Source: Candidatus Microgenomates bacterium (GTDB lineage: Bacteria; Patescibacteriota; Microgenomatia; UBA1400; UBA12108). Taken from it: a DNA stretch of 64,000 nt. The DNA is taken from positions 5,792 to 69,791 of the forward strand of contig QEVC01000002.1 in NCBI GenBank assembly GCA_003576945.1, in the 5' to 3' direction. Below the pieces are notes generated by a model, which saw only the letters and a program-made list of their open reading frames with translations, did not search any database and had not been told where the DNA came from. Shown piece after piece: positions 36,858 to 46,329 of this stretch; position 1 is the first letter of the stretch, and every line of letters starts with the position of its first letter. A program made the position numbers and the translations under genes.

Positions 36858-36985
36858 TTTCAGACAACCGGAATACTCGGAAAGTCAGAAATCCAGATAT
36901 TCGGAGATCCAGATTTTCCGCTTATCTGATTATCCGACACTCTGGTTCACTGAGTTTTCTGATTGTCTATTACTCTCTGATTTTT
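36858..36985. repeat. TCAGA/TCTGA-periodic imperfect hairpin element (ORF-less copy) at the topA 3' end / nrdJ upstream region
   Basis: Left half is CAGA-periodic, right half TCTG-periodic. ctgagttttctgattgtct at 36951-36969 is identical to 13024-13042. The topA stop codon (36930) lies inside it. Confidence 0.7.
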
Positions 36986-38897
36986 CAAGTCGCCACGCTG
37001 CCCACTTACACTCAGGATATTTCTCGCATCCGTAAAACTTCCCCTTCCGACTCTTTTTTATCACCACTCTCCCCCCACAGGTCGGACATAGATGGGTTCC
37101 TGCATACTCTACATACTGCGCTTTATAATCACACTCTGGGTAGCGATCACATGAGAGGAATTTCCCAAACTTCCCTGTCCTAATTATCACTTCACCTTGG
37201 CTGCATTTAGGACATTTCTCGCCTGTTGTCTCAACCGCCACTTTAACTCTAGATCCTGTCTCTTCCACTTTTTTAACAGTCTCGTTCATCGGAGTCCAAA
37301 AAGAGCTCACTACCTCGACCCATTTCTTTTTTCCATCCGCCACTGCGTCTAGATCCGATTCCATCCGGGCCGTAAATTCATACGCCATCACATTATCAAA
37401 GTTGGTGGTAAGAAACTCAACGACTGCTATGCCCACTGCCGTGGGGTGAAATCTCTTTTCTTCTTTGGTTACATAACCTCTGTCTTGAATCGTGCTAATA
37501 ATCGCCGCATAAGTGCTCGGCCGCCCTATCCCTCGCTTCTCAAGTTCCTTAATTAAGCCTGCTTCGCTATACCGCGCGGGCGGTTGGGTGAATTTTTGGA
37601 TGGGTTCTACCTTAATTAAAGACAAGACTTCACCACTTGTCACTTGCGGCAAAAATACATCATCCGTGCTCTTCCCCAGTCTCATATACCCATCAAAGAT
37701 CATTCGCTTGCCGTCGGCTTTAAGCTCGTAGTTACCAGCCCCAACCAAGATAGTTGTCTTATCATATCGGGCGTCCTGCATTTGACACTGCAAAAAACGA
37801 TTTCGGATTAACTCGTAGAGCTTTTTATCTCTTCCCTCTAGCTCGGGTGATGCTTTGAGGTTAGTCGGACGGATCGCCTCGTGGGCTTCCTGTGCACTCG
37901 CGGCTTTGGTTTTATAGACTCTAGGTGCTGCAGGTAAATACTCAGCACCATAATTCTTTTCGATATAGCTTCTCGCTGCCACGACCGCTTCGGTTGCGAG
38001 ATTATAAGAATCAGTACGATGGTAGGTTATTAGACCGCGCTCATACAAGGATTGGGCTATTTGCATGGTCTGCTTAGCTGAATACCCAAACATGTTAGAG
38101 CCCGCGCGCTGCAAAAGTGATGTTGTAAATGGGGGTTGTGGTGAGCTCTTTTGCTCTTCGTTACTTACATTTAACACCTTATAAGTTGCACCCTCGAGAT
38201 CTGCAACTACTTTCCCCGCCATCTCCCCGTTCTTAATATTTGCAGTCTTACCGTCAATTTTTACGAGCTCTACCTTCAGTTCACCTTTCGCCGTAACTTT
38301 AAGATTCGCAAATATTTCCCAATATTCTTCAGGTTTAAATGAGGTAATCTCTTTTTCCTTTTCTACAATTAATCGCACCGCCACCGATTGCACTCTTCCC
38401 GCCGAGAGACCTCTCCTTACCTTCTTCCACAAAACAGGAGACAAAGTATAGCCCACCAGACGGTCTAGCACCCGCCTTGCCTGCTGCGCATTCACCAGGT
38501 CCATGTTGACGACCCCAGGATGAGACAATGCCTCAAGAATTGCAGTTTTCGTAATTTCATGGAAAGTTACGCGCTTAAATTCCTTCTTTGCTCCGCGCTC
38601 AGAAAGCAAGTGTTGCACATGATAAGAAATCGCTTCACCCTCACGGTCCGGATCGGTTGCAAGGTAGATTACTTTTGCATTTTTAGCTAAAGCCTTAAGT
38701 TCTGCAACTCGCTTTTTCTTAGAGGATAGTACTTGGTAGTTCGGTTCAAAGCCATGCTCTACATCAATTGCGAGCCCGCCGCCCTTTTCCGGCAGATCCC
38801 GCACATGCCCCATCGATGCTTCAATTTTATAGTCATTGCCAAGAAACCGTGTTAGTGTCTTGGCTTTGGTAGGTGACTCAACAATAACTAAATCCAT
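36930..38897 (-). CDS. topA: DNA topoisomerase I
   Basis: Toprim 'MDLVIVESPTKAKT', catalytic region, C-terminal C4 zinc ribbons. The last ~18 aa 'KSESNRQSENSVNQSVG' are encoded by the repeat element. Confidence 0.9.
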   Translation of the reverse strand: MDLVIVESPTKAKTLTRFLGNDYKIEASMGHVRDLPEKGGGLAIDVEHGFEPNYQVLSSKKKRVAELKALAKNAKVIYLATDPDREGEAISYHVQHLLSERGAKKEFKRVTFHEITKTAILEALSHPGVVNMDLVNAQQARRVLDRLVGYTLSPVLWKKVRRGLSAGRVQSVAVRLIVEKEKEITSFKPEEYWEIFANLKVTAKGELKVELVKIDGKTANIKNGEMAGKVVADLEGATYKVLNVSNEEQKSSPQPPFTTSLLQRAGSNMFGYSAKQTMQIAQSLYERGLITYHRTDSYNLATEAVVAARSYIEKNYGAEYLPAAPRVYKTKAASAQEAHEAIRPTNLKASPELEGRDKKLYELIRNRFLQCQMQDARYDKTTILVGAGNYELKADGKRMIFDGYMRLGKSTDDVFLPQVTSGEVLSLIKVEPIQKFTQPPARYSEAGLIKELEKRGIGRPSTYAAIISTIQDRGYVTKEEKRFHPTAVGIAVVEFLTTNFDNVMAYEFTARMESDLDAVADGKKKWVEVVSSFWTPMNETVKKVEETGSRVKVAVETTGEKCPKCSQGEVIIRTGKFGKFLSCDRYPECDYKAQYVEYAGTHLCPTCGGRVVIKKSRKGKFYGCEKYPECKWAAWRLEKSESNRQSENSVNQSVG

Positions 38898-38931
38898 ATG
38901 TGATTAAAATACGCGCTTACTGCACCTGGTG

Positions 38932-39462
38932 TCAACCAATGATCCTCACAAGCTCAGTCACAACACTATCTATGACACTCTCCATAATCTGTCTCTCTTC
39001 TTGAGTAAAATCCTGCAAGCTGTAGACCATTCCGGGTACTCCCTTGTTACCCTTAACCTGTCTATTCTCGACCCCTACTCTCACGTTCCAATACTTATTC
39101 GTCCCCAGCGACTGCTCCACGGACAACAGTCCATTATGTACTTTTGGCGCTTTACCATGCTGAATTTTGTAACTGCCTAGTGGGATATCGAGATCATCGT
39201 GAATAATATATATATCTTCACTCTTTATCTTGTAAAAGCGCGATATCGCTAACACTGCCTTACCACTTTCGTTCATGAAAGTAGTAGGTTTTATTAAAAT
39301 AGACTTATCACTCTCACCCACTTCGCCAAAGAATTTTTTATTTACACTCCATCCGTCGATTTTCAATCGCTCACCGATCCTCTCAGCCACCACAAAACCT
39401 ATGTTATGTCGATTATTCTTATATTTATCACCTGGGTTACCAAGTCCAACTATGAGTTTCAT
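38932..39462 (-). CDS. pth: peptidyl-tRNA hydrolase
   Basis: 'MKLIVGLGNPGDKYKNNRHNIGF'. Confidence 0.9.
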   Translation of the reverse strand: MKLIVGLGNPGDKYKNNRHNIGFVVAERIGERLKIDGWSVNKKFFGEVGESDKSILIKPTTFMNESGKAVLAISRFYKIKSEDIYIIHDDLDIPLGSYKIQHGKAPKVHNGLLSVEQSLGTNKYWNVRVGVENRQVKGNKGVPGMVYSLQDFTQEERQIMESVIDSVVTELVRIIG

Positions 39463-40094
39463 AGGCTATCAGTATATCGTAACTGTTCGATTAAATCCTG
39501 CGGATTATACACGGGTATCCCGCCATTGCGGATAATTTCGACTGATCCATGGTAGCTTGCTTGAGTGATTGGACCAGGCACAACATACACATTTTTACCC
39601 TCTTCAGCCGCTGCACTCACGGTGATCTTGACACCACTTTTTCTAGGGCACTCTATCACGAGTACTGCGTGTGACAGTCTGACCATCAGCTGGTCTCGCT
39701 GTCGAAAGTGCTCAGGTTGTGGCCTTATCCCCGCACCATACTGAGCTACAAGCAGGCCGCCATGATCAACGATGTGCCGCTTAAGCGATGCATGTTCTTT
39801 TGGGTAGCACTGATCAAGTCCGTGTCCCAGTACGGCGATGGTTTTGCCACCACGCGCAAGAGTTGTCTCGTGCGCCACGCGATCAATCCCACGAGCCATG
39901 CCTGACACAATACACCATTCCTGCTCGACCAAATTCTTAACAAATACTCGACACATTATCTCTCCGTACGCAGACATCATCCGAGTACCAACTACTGCAA
40001 TGCGCTTCATTTTGAGACAATCTTGATTACCTAGTAGGTACAAATCCGAGTCCATAGCACTATAATACACACAAATACCCTCCTCTATGCTCAA
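39459..40094 (-). CDS. dprA: DNA-processing protein DprA (Rossmann-fold core only)
   Basis: 'VVGTRMMSAYGEIMCRVFVKNL...VSGMARGIDRVAHETTLARGGKTIAVLGHGLDQCYP'. Confidence 0.75.
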   Translation of the reverse strand: MSIEEGICVYYSAMDSDLYLLGNQDCLKMKRIAVVGTRMMSAYGEIMCRVFVKNLVEQEWCIVSGMARGIDRVAHETTLARGGKTIAVLGHGLDQCYPKEHASLKRHIVDHGGLLVAQYGAGIRPQPEHFRQRDQLMVRLSHAVLVIECPRKSGVKITVSAAAEEGKNVYVVPGPITQASYHGSVEIIRNGGIPVYNPQDLIEQLRYTDSL

Positions 40095-40313
40095 CGCTAT
40101 ACAGAGGAGGGTATTGTTTTAACTCCAGAGTATCCTGCTCGATGGAGATGTAAACTAATCCCATTCGTCACCAGGTTCACTGGAGGGTTTTGGTGGTTCT
40201 GGATTAGGTGCTGGACAGCCTCCTGGACCACCATCAGGTGGTGACCAATTTATAAACTGCTCCATGTTAGCAACTACTTCTCCTGCCATATTTACTCACC
40301 TCCTTTCACCTTA

Positions 40314-40345
40314 AAAAACCCGCCTCTCGGTGCGGGTTTGTGTAT
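40314..40345 (-). terminator. intrinsic terminator (hairpin acccgc..gcgggt flanked by A/T runs, possibly bidirectional)
   Basis: Lies downstream of the 40496-41383 gene on the minus strand. Confidence 0.5.
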
Positions 40346-40495
40346 TTTTGCTTTTTATTAGCTATTACTTACACACAACCCGCAACACCCCAGACGAGGA
40401 GGTGTTTAAAGTTAATGGTATAAATACGTGTCATGTTGTTCATAACTTTTTTCATTCTACAACTCTGATCTATTAGGTCAATATATCAAAATAGA

Positions 40496-41383
40496 TCAAT
40501 TATCTCGATTCGCTACCCACTCTACTATCTCATGTAATACTGACTCATCAACTACTGCTTTAGCTTGTGTTGAATATCTCTCTATCTCAGATAGTAGTTT
40601 CTCCCTACCATACATTAGCGCAAAACTATGTTTGTCTTCCCGTCGATCATTCCCCACAGGCTTACCAGTCTTAGCGCTCTCACCCCACTCAGCCAAATAA
40701 TCATCGCGGAGCTGAAAGACCCACCCTAGCTCCATCCCATATTTATATAGCTTATCCATGATTGCTTGGTTACCACCCGCTAGGGCTGCACCCAGTTGTA
40801 GCGGCAACACGCAGCTATACTCACCAGATTTTAGCGCTAAGATGCTTAGAAGACTTTTCTCATCCGCAGTCTTCAGAACATCTAGCGTCTGTCCATATCC
40901 CACTCTCGTAAAATATTTTCCCCATACCTGCATTGCCTTAAGCACGCTATCTTTTGGTAGATTGAGAGATGACAATATCTCTACCCCCCAGCCAAAGGTA
41001 TAGTCACCCGCGAGCACTGCCACACTCTCGCCAATATGTTGATCAGTATATCTGCTATGAATCGTCGCTACCCCTCGGCGTAGATCATCTTGGTCCATAA
41101 AATCATCGTGAATCAGTAGTCCTAGGTGAAATAACTCCATCACAACCGCTGCTTTTATTACTTCCTCCTCACCTTCTTTACTACCTTCTGCCAGTTGGTA
41201 TCCCAGTACCGTCAGTAGCCCCCTCATCCGCTTACCACCAACTGATAACTCTCGCATCATCTCCAATATCTTGACTAGTTCAGGTGAAATCTGCCCTACC
41301 TCGGCTGCCCGCCGCGCTACCTCTGTCGCAACCGCTGCATCTACTGGCGATTTATACCTCCCAACCAAATCCTGCAAATTCAT
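40496..41383 (-). CDS. polyprenyl diphosphate synthase (IspA/GGPPS family)
   Basis: First DDxxD 'LIHDDFMDQDD', second 'FQLRDDYLAEWG'. Confidence 0.85.
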   Translation of the reverse strand: MNLQDLVGRYKSPVDAAVATEVARRAAEVGQISPELVKILEMMRELSVGGKRMRGLLTVLGYQLAEGSKEGEEEVIKAAVVMELFHLGLLIHDDFMDQDDLRRGVATIHSRYTDQHIGESVAVLAGDYTFGWGVEILSSLNLPKDSVLKAMQVWGKYFTRVGYGQTLDVLKTADEKSLLSILALKSGEYSCVLPLQLGAALAGGNQAIMDKLYKYGMELGWVFQLRDDYLAEWGESAKTGKPVGNDRREDKHSFALMYGREKLLSEIERYSTQAKAVVDESVLHEIVEWVANRDN

Positions 41384-41392
41384 TATTCAATT

Positions 41393-42475
41393 CTACACCA
41401 GCAGCTTACCCTCTTTTAGCACCTCTTTCCCATCAATTGTCAAAACACTTCCCGATGTTCTCATATCCTTCACAATATCCCAGTGGATCGCGCTTTCGTT
41501 CTCTCCCCCACCTCGTTTCTCTTTGTAGGCTCGTCCTAGTGCCATGTGGATGGTCCCGCCAATTTTTTCGTCAAACAGCGTATTTAGCATCCCTCGAGTT
41601 ATCTTAAAGTTAGCGCCAATCGCAAACTCACCCAAGGTTCGTGCCCCAGGATCAGTCTCGAGCATCTTAAGCAGTGCTTCTTCCCCTTTTTCGGCTTTCG
41701 CATTAATCACTCGACCATCTTTAAACTCCAAATGAATTCCTGAGACTTCGTGTCCATAAGCGAGCGTTGGTAGCTCAAAATAAACCTCACCATTAACGCC
41801 GTCCGTAACTGGTGCGAGGAAACACTCGCCATCAGGAATGTTTCGCTCCCCAAAACAGGCCTGGGCGAGCCGGCCCTTTATGTTTACGCGTAGATCAGTC
41901 ATCCTCCCCACCACGTAAATCTCGCTGCCTTGATCCATGATTTTCTCCAGCGACTTAAGCTCACGCTCCATCTTTTTGTAATCAACAAGTACACTCTCAA
42001 AATAAAAATCTCTGAGAGATGATAGGCTCATCCCTGCTTCTTGCGCCATCGCGTCTGTTGGATAATATGTCAGGATCCAGCGATCCGAGTCGATCATGGG
42101 ATCCATTAGTGGTCTAATTAATTTAGATCTTTCGGTCATCCGAACAGGATCTATCTCAGAAAGAGATCTAAGGTTATCATCCGCTACTATTCGTACATAA
42201 GCGTCTGCCCAGGAGATCTTGGCTTTTACTACTTCCTCTGGGACATGTAGTAGTTGCCAATCATTAGCGAGCTTATAAAATTCAAAATCCATCCCGCTCG
42301 TTGCAACATCAAGCATGGGGTAGGCCCCACGCTTAAGCGTCTCGATATAAACCGCCTTGGCCAGTGGAATACCGAGATCACTTGTCGTGATTAAAACCTT
42401 TTCTTTCGCCTTAATAGAGACCGAGTGGTCTAGCATCACAGAGGCGAGTGCAAAGTCTTTATCTGTCGGAAACAT
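41393..42475 (-). CDS. aminopeptidase (M29/AmpS-like)
   Basis: N-terminal pattern similar to thermophilic aminopeptidase T/AmpS; 360 aa. Confidence 0.5.
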   Translation of the reverse strand: MFPTDKDFALASVMLDHSVSIKAKEKVLITTSDLGIPLAKAVYIETLKRGAYPMLDVATSGMDFEFYKLANDWQLLHVPEEVVKAKISWADAYVRIVADDNLRSLSEIDPVRMTERSKLIRPLMDPMIDSDRWILTYYPTDAMAQEAGMSLSSLRDFYFESVLVDYKKMERELKSLEKIMDQGSEIYVVGRMTDLRVNIKGRLAQACFGERNIPDGECFLAPVTDGVNGEVYFELPTLAYGHEVSGIHLEFKDGRVINAKAEKGEEALLKMLETDPGARTLGEFAIGANFKITRGMLNTLFDEKIGGTIHMALGRAYKEKRGGGENESAIHWDIVKDMRTSGSVLTIDGKEVLKEGKLLV

Positions 42476-42490
42476 TTTGCCAGTATAACA

Positions 42491-43903
42491 TTACTTTCTA
42501 GTCATTGTTAAGAGCACGGCATCACTAGCATTTAGCGAAATATCACGTGTATATGTCCCACCTACCACCGTCACGCTTGTATTAACCACACGACCTGATA
42601 GATATGTCTCACTCACACTATATACTCCATCCAACATCCCAATCATTGTGTATGGGACTACTTCGTCATGCTTACCAGTTTCGTCATAATTAACTAAAAG
42701 TACCCTGATAGTCTCATTAGCATCTCGCGTCGCCACCCCTGTCACATAACTCCCCTCGCCAGATAAGACCAACCGGTCTCCACTAATTGGCGCGAGCATC
42801 TCCCAAGCTTTAAACCTCGGCTTCTTCGCAACCGCCCCATATTTAGGATTAGTAAGCATTCCCCAGCCACCATGAAACTGTCCTTTGTCAGCAGGTGCCC
42901 CATCCATAATTTCAAACGCAAAAGCTAGATCAATATTTGAGTCCATCAGTGCTCTGTTGACTGCCAGATAGTGTGCGGCAGCCCATCTCCCATCGTATGC
43001 CGCTCCGCGCTCAGGGTTAATTCCCCATTCTGTTATATACAAGTCCTGTGGCTTGTGGATCCGCGTCTGCATCATTTCGGTCGCAGTCCGTGCGTCACGT
43101 ACAAAGAAATCAACTTCAGATGAATAGCGATGCCAAGAGAAGAAATCGATTCTTACATTTTCATCTAGTTTATCGTAGAAACCGGTTACCCATGCAGGGT
43201 AGAATCCCGTCGTGGCAGGTCCACCAATCTTAAATGGTTTAGTTCCACGCACGCCATTCGCCGCATTCGCTGCTGTTGCATAGAGCGTCACATAATTTTT
43301 ACTACCCCCCATCTTCCAGCCACCAAATAAATCTGGTTCATTCCACACCTCATAGATTACTCCATCAATCCCCCCCTTATAATCACGGCTGTAACGCGAT
43401 ACTGTAGCTGCTACCACCTGTCCCCACTCACCCCAGTTTTTCGGAAAGTCGAGAATATCTCCCTTACTAATGGCTGTGGGCATATATGACAAAGCAATAA
43501 AGGGTTTTGCCCCCATTGCCGTAATGTCTCCAATTATGTTGTCGAGCTTAGTCCAGTTATACGCAAGTCTTCCGTCACTGCCTCTAGAGATAACATCAAA
43601 TCCATCAAAAACATGGTCTATCCGAACATATCTAACCCCAGTGGGCTTAACGATTGACGCAACCTGATTTAATCTAAAATCAGCATCGGGCAACTTCTCA
43701 AAACCCTGCGCTACCCCATCCCAAACCCGCTTCACGCGCCCATTAGTCTGGCTCACATCAACTGTAATATTAGCCGGCGCATAGCTCGCACCCGTTAGAT
43801 ACTTCCACGCTCGCTGAGCCAGCGGAATAGTAATCGGTAAGAGCACAAAAAGTCCTAAGACTAAAGCTAATGTCTTCCAGTTTTTGGTCAAATATTTGCG
43901 CAT
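42491..43903 (-). CDS. membrane-anchored clan GH-A glycoside hydrolase (GH39/GH5-like)
   Basis: 'YEVWNEPDL' acid/base motif and 'YITEWG' nucleophile motif. N-terminal TM. Start trimmed from 43999. Confidence 0.55.
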   Translation of the reverse strand: MRKYLTKNWKTLALVLGLFVLLPITIPLAQRAWKYLTGASYAPANITVDVSQTNGRVKRVWDGVAQGFEKLPDADFRLNQVASIVKPTGVRYVRIDHVFDGFDVISRGSDGRLAYNWTKLDNIIGDITAMGAKPFIALSYMPTAISKGDILDFPKNWGEWGQVVAATVSRYSRDYKGGIDGVIYEVWNEPDLFGGWKMGGSKNYVTLYATAANAANGVRGTKPFKIGGPATTGFYPAWVTGFYDKLDENVRIDFFSWHRYSSEVDFFVRDARTATEMMQTRIHKPQDLYITEWGINPERGAAYDGRWAAAHYLAVNRALMDSNIDLAFAFEIMDGAPADKGQFHGGWGMLTNPKYGAVAKKPRFKAWEMLAPISGDRLVLSGEGSYVTGVATRDANETIRVLLVNYDETGKHDEVVPYTMIGMLDGVYSVSETYLSGRVVNTSVTVVGGTYTRDISLNASDAVLLTMTRK

Positions 43904-43933
43904 TACCCTAACTATGACATATAATCTCTTGCT

Positions 43934-44497
43934 ATGTCCAGCATCAAAGCAAATCAACTCAAAGGTGGAATGTTTGTCCTCTTTAAGGGTGCTCCTCACG
44001 AAGTCGTCAAATGTGAATTTTATTTTCCCGGCAAAGGCAGCGCTTTCGCCCGCACTAGACTAAAGAATGTCAAAACCGGCAGCGTTCAAGACTTTACCTA
44101 CAAAAGTAGCGAGACCGTGGAAATCGTTGAGGTCGACACCTTAGAGCTTCAATATCTCTACGGCGATGGCGATACCTACTATTTCATGAATCCTCGCACC
44201 TTTGATCAATTTGAGGTTAAGAAATGGGTCTTTGATGGCAAAGAAAAATACCTGCTCGCCGAAGCCAAGATGTTCTTTAATCAATACGAAGGTGAAGTAA
44301 TTGGCGTCCGCTTCCCCCCCAAAGTAAATCTCAAAATTACCGAAGCTCAGGATGCTGTTGCCGGAAATACCGTAAATGCTGCCAAAAAACCCGCGATGAC
44401 CGAGAACGGTTTTGAAGTCATGGTACCTCTCTTTGTCAAAACTGGTGAAACAGTAATAGTCGATACCGAGACTGGTGAGTACGTTAGTCGTGCGTAA
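43934..44497 (+). CDS. efp: elongation factor P
   Basis: 'PGKGSAFARTRLKN', the loop whose Lys is the EpmA substrate. Confidence 0.9.
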   Translation: MSSIKANQLKGGMFVLFKGAPHEVVKCEFYFPGKGSAFARTRLKNVKTGSVQDFTYKSSETVEIVEVDTLELQYLYGDGDTYYFMNPRTFDQFEVKKWVFDGKEKYLLAEAKMFFNQYEGEVIGVRFPPKVNLKITEAQDAVAGNTVNAAKKPAMTENGFEVMVPLFVKTGETVIVDTETGEYVSRA

Positions 44498-44500
44498 ACT

Positions 44501-45076
44501 TTATCTCTCAGCTGTAAGTTTTAGCCAGTTATCATTGTTCCCAGCGCAACTCTTAGACTCGACTCTGACCTTCATATAATCAACGCCCGAGATAGTTTTG
44601 ATTGTGCCGCTTCTGCCACCATAGGTAGTATTAGCTAGTAGTTCGTTGCCATCCTTCTTCCAAATCGTAATTCCAAAGCTGGTATTATCAATTAGCTCAT
44701 AGCGAAGAGTTAGTGGACCAGTAATATCTTTAACCTCCGTCATATAGCTAATCGGACAAATACTGGTCTTAACCAAGGTAAGTGTTAAATGTGAAGTAGT
44801 CGTAACTGTTTTTTTGGTTACCACAGTACTCTCTCCCTTAACCATTCCACCCTTAGTCGTTGTAACTCCTTTTGGTGTAGCAGATGGGTTTGCACTAGGC
44901 TTAACTGTCGCACTAGGTGTTGGAGTTATGGTGGGTATTGGTGTTGCGCTAGCAACTGGACTAGCACTATGGGTTGGAAATAGTTTGCCAAAGAGTCCTG
45001 TCACCCCACGAAAAGCGAGAACTCCCGCAACAACTAATAAAAGTACTGTAACTAAACCGATCAAAAATTGTTTCAT
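44501..45076 (-). CDS. secreted/membrane Thr/Pro-rich hypothetical protein
   Basis: Start trimmed to 'MKQFLIGLVTVLLLVVAG' (TM/signal); the track start lies inside the 130-bp repeat. Confidence 0.4.
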   Translation of the reverse strand: MKQFLIGLVTVLLLVVAGVLAFRGVTGLFGKLFPTHSASPVASATPIPTITPTPSATVKPSANPSATPKGVTTTKGGMVKGESTVVTKKTVTTTSHLTLTLVKTSICPISYMTEVKDITGPLTLRYELIDNTSFGITIWKKDGNELLANTTYGGRSGTIKTISGVDYMKVRVESKSCAGNNDNWLKLTAER

Positions 45077-45140
45077 ATGTCCTATATTATACGCCATGCT
45101 GTCAAATTTACATATTAATCCACCTGTCCTTTCACTCACA

Positions 45141-45270
45141 ATAGAGCATGCAGACGTCAATTTTTTGTGCATTGTAAGTATGAGAATTCAAGAGAAATTA
45201 GATGAGCAAGCACCAGCGGTCGAATCTAATTTATCCTGAAACGAATTTCTCAAAAACAAAAAATTGTAAA
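45141..45270 (+). repeat. copy 1 of a ~130-bp direct repeat (agacgt..attgtaagtatgaga..tcaagagaaa..gagcaag..cggtcgaa..cctgaaacgaatttctcaaaa.caaaaaa.tgtaa.tcgaaa)
   Basis: About 85% identical to 47497-47626, same orientation. Intergenic between the 44501 gene and the epmA 3' end. Confidence 0.75.
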
Positions 45271-45283
45271 TCGAAATGCTATC

Positions 45284-46327
45284 TTAGTTCTCAAACATCT
45301 CTTCTACCGGGAAAAACAGTGTCTCTGCAATACTGGGTGTATCTGCAAACAAAGCAACTAACCGATCCACTCCCACTGCGATTCCACCAGCTTCTGGCAT
45401 CCCGAGCTTTAATGCCTCAATAAAATCATGATCCATCGGATACTCTGTCTTACCCAGCTTCTTCCTTTTCACTAGATCAGCCTTACACCTAGCCTCTTGC
45501 TCCTGCCAATCGGTAAGCTCCGAAAAACAATTACCTAACTCATATCCCGCTAGATAAACCTCCCACCGCTCCGCAAACCGGGGATCCTTGGCTTTCTTGG
45601 CTAGCGCAGCTTGAGAAACGGGAAAGTCATACATTATAGTCGGACCAGCCACTCCGAGTTTTGGTTCTATTTCGTTTGCGATAATCTGATTCCACATCTC
45701 CTCCCAGGTACTCTCATCATCTACCTGGTAACCCTTCTTTTTACTTGCTTCTTTTAACTTGTCCCGATCAAGCATCGTCTCAACATCTATCCCCGCATAC
45801 CTTTCAAATGCCTCGGCGACACTTATCCGCTCCCACGGCGCTTGCAGCGAATACTCTTTACCCTGGTATTCCAAAACGGATTCACAGCCAGAAGGCTTTA
45901 CGGCTTTACGAATATGTTCCATTAGTTCTTCAAAATCTTGCGCAACTGTCATATAGTCACCTGGAGTGTGATACCACTCGAGTATCGTAAACTCTGGGTT
46001 ATGTCGACTAGACCTCCCTTCCCCATTACGGAAGGATTTGGTAATGGTAAAAATAGATCCAGAACCTGCCGATAAGAGTTTTTTTAATGCGAATTCGGGT
46101 GAAGATGGCAAAAAACTAACCCATTTACGACCATGGTCATCGACTAACTGAGTTTTAAATACCTCTAGAAATGGCTCGGTCGAGGGTGTGGGTAGTAAGA
46201 GTGGCACCTCCGCCTCATGAAATCCACGACCCTTAAAAAAGGCTCGGATGGCATCAATCACCCGCTCTCGCACCCAGTACTGCTGCCACAAATCTGGGTG
46301 CTGTTTCAGTTTTTGAAATGTTTTCAT
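45284..46327 (-). CDS. epmA: EF-P--(R)-beta-lysine ligase (LysRS class II paralogue, GenX/PoxA)
   Basis: Class II core 'FHEAEVPLL...FRNGEGRSSRHNPEFTILEWY...GGIAVGVDRLV', no anticodon-binding domain, 347 aa. efp is nearby. Confidence 0.8.
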   Translation of the reverse strand: MKTFQKLKQHPDLWQQYWVRERVIDAIRAFFKGRGFHEAEVPLLLPTPSTEPFLEVFKTQLVDDHGRKWVSFLPSSPEFALKKLLSAGSGSIFTITKSFRNGEGRSSRHNPEFTILEWYHTPGDYMTVAQDFEELMEHIRKAVKPSGCESVLEYQGKEYSLQAPWERISVAEAFERYAGIDVETMLDRDKLKEASKKKGYQVDDESTWEEMWNQIIANEIEPKLGVAGPTIMYDFPVSQAALAKKAKDPRFAERWEVYLAGYELGNCFSELTDWQEQEARCKADLVKRKKLGKTEYPMDHDFIEALKLGMPEAGGIAVGVDRLVALFADTPSIAETLFFPVEEMFEN

Positions 46328-46329
46328 AA

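Noticed and set aside
36754-37035. 93-aa plus-strand ORF between nrdJ and topA
   Set aside because: It is generated by the TCAGA-periodic repeat ('SESQKSRYSEIQIF...') and overlaps the topA 3' end; spurious.
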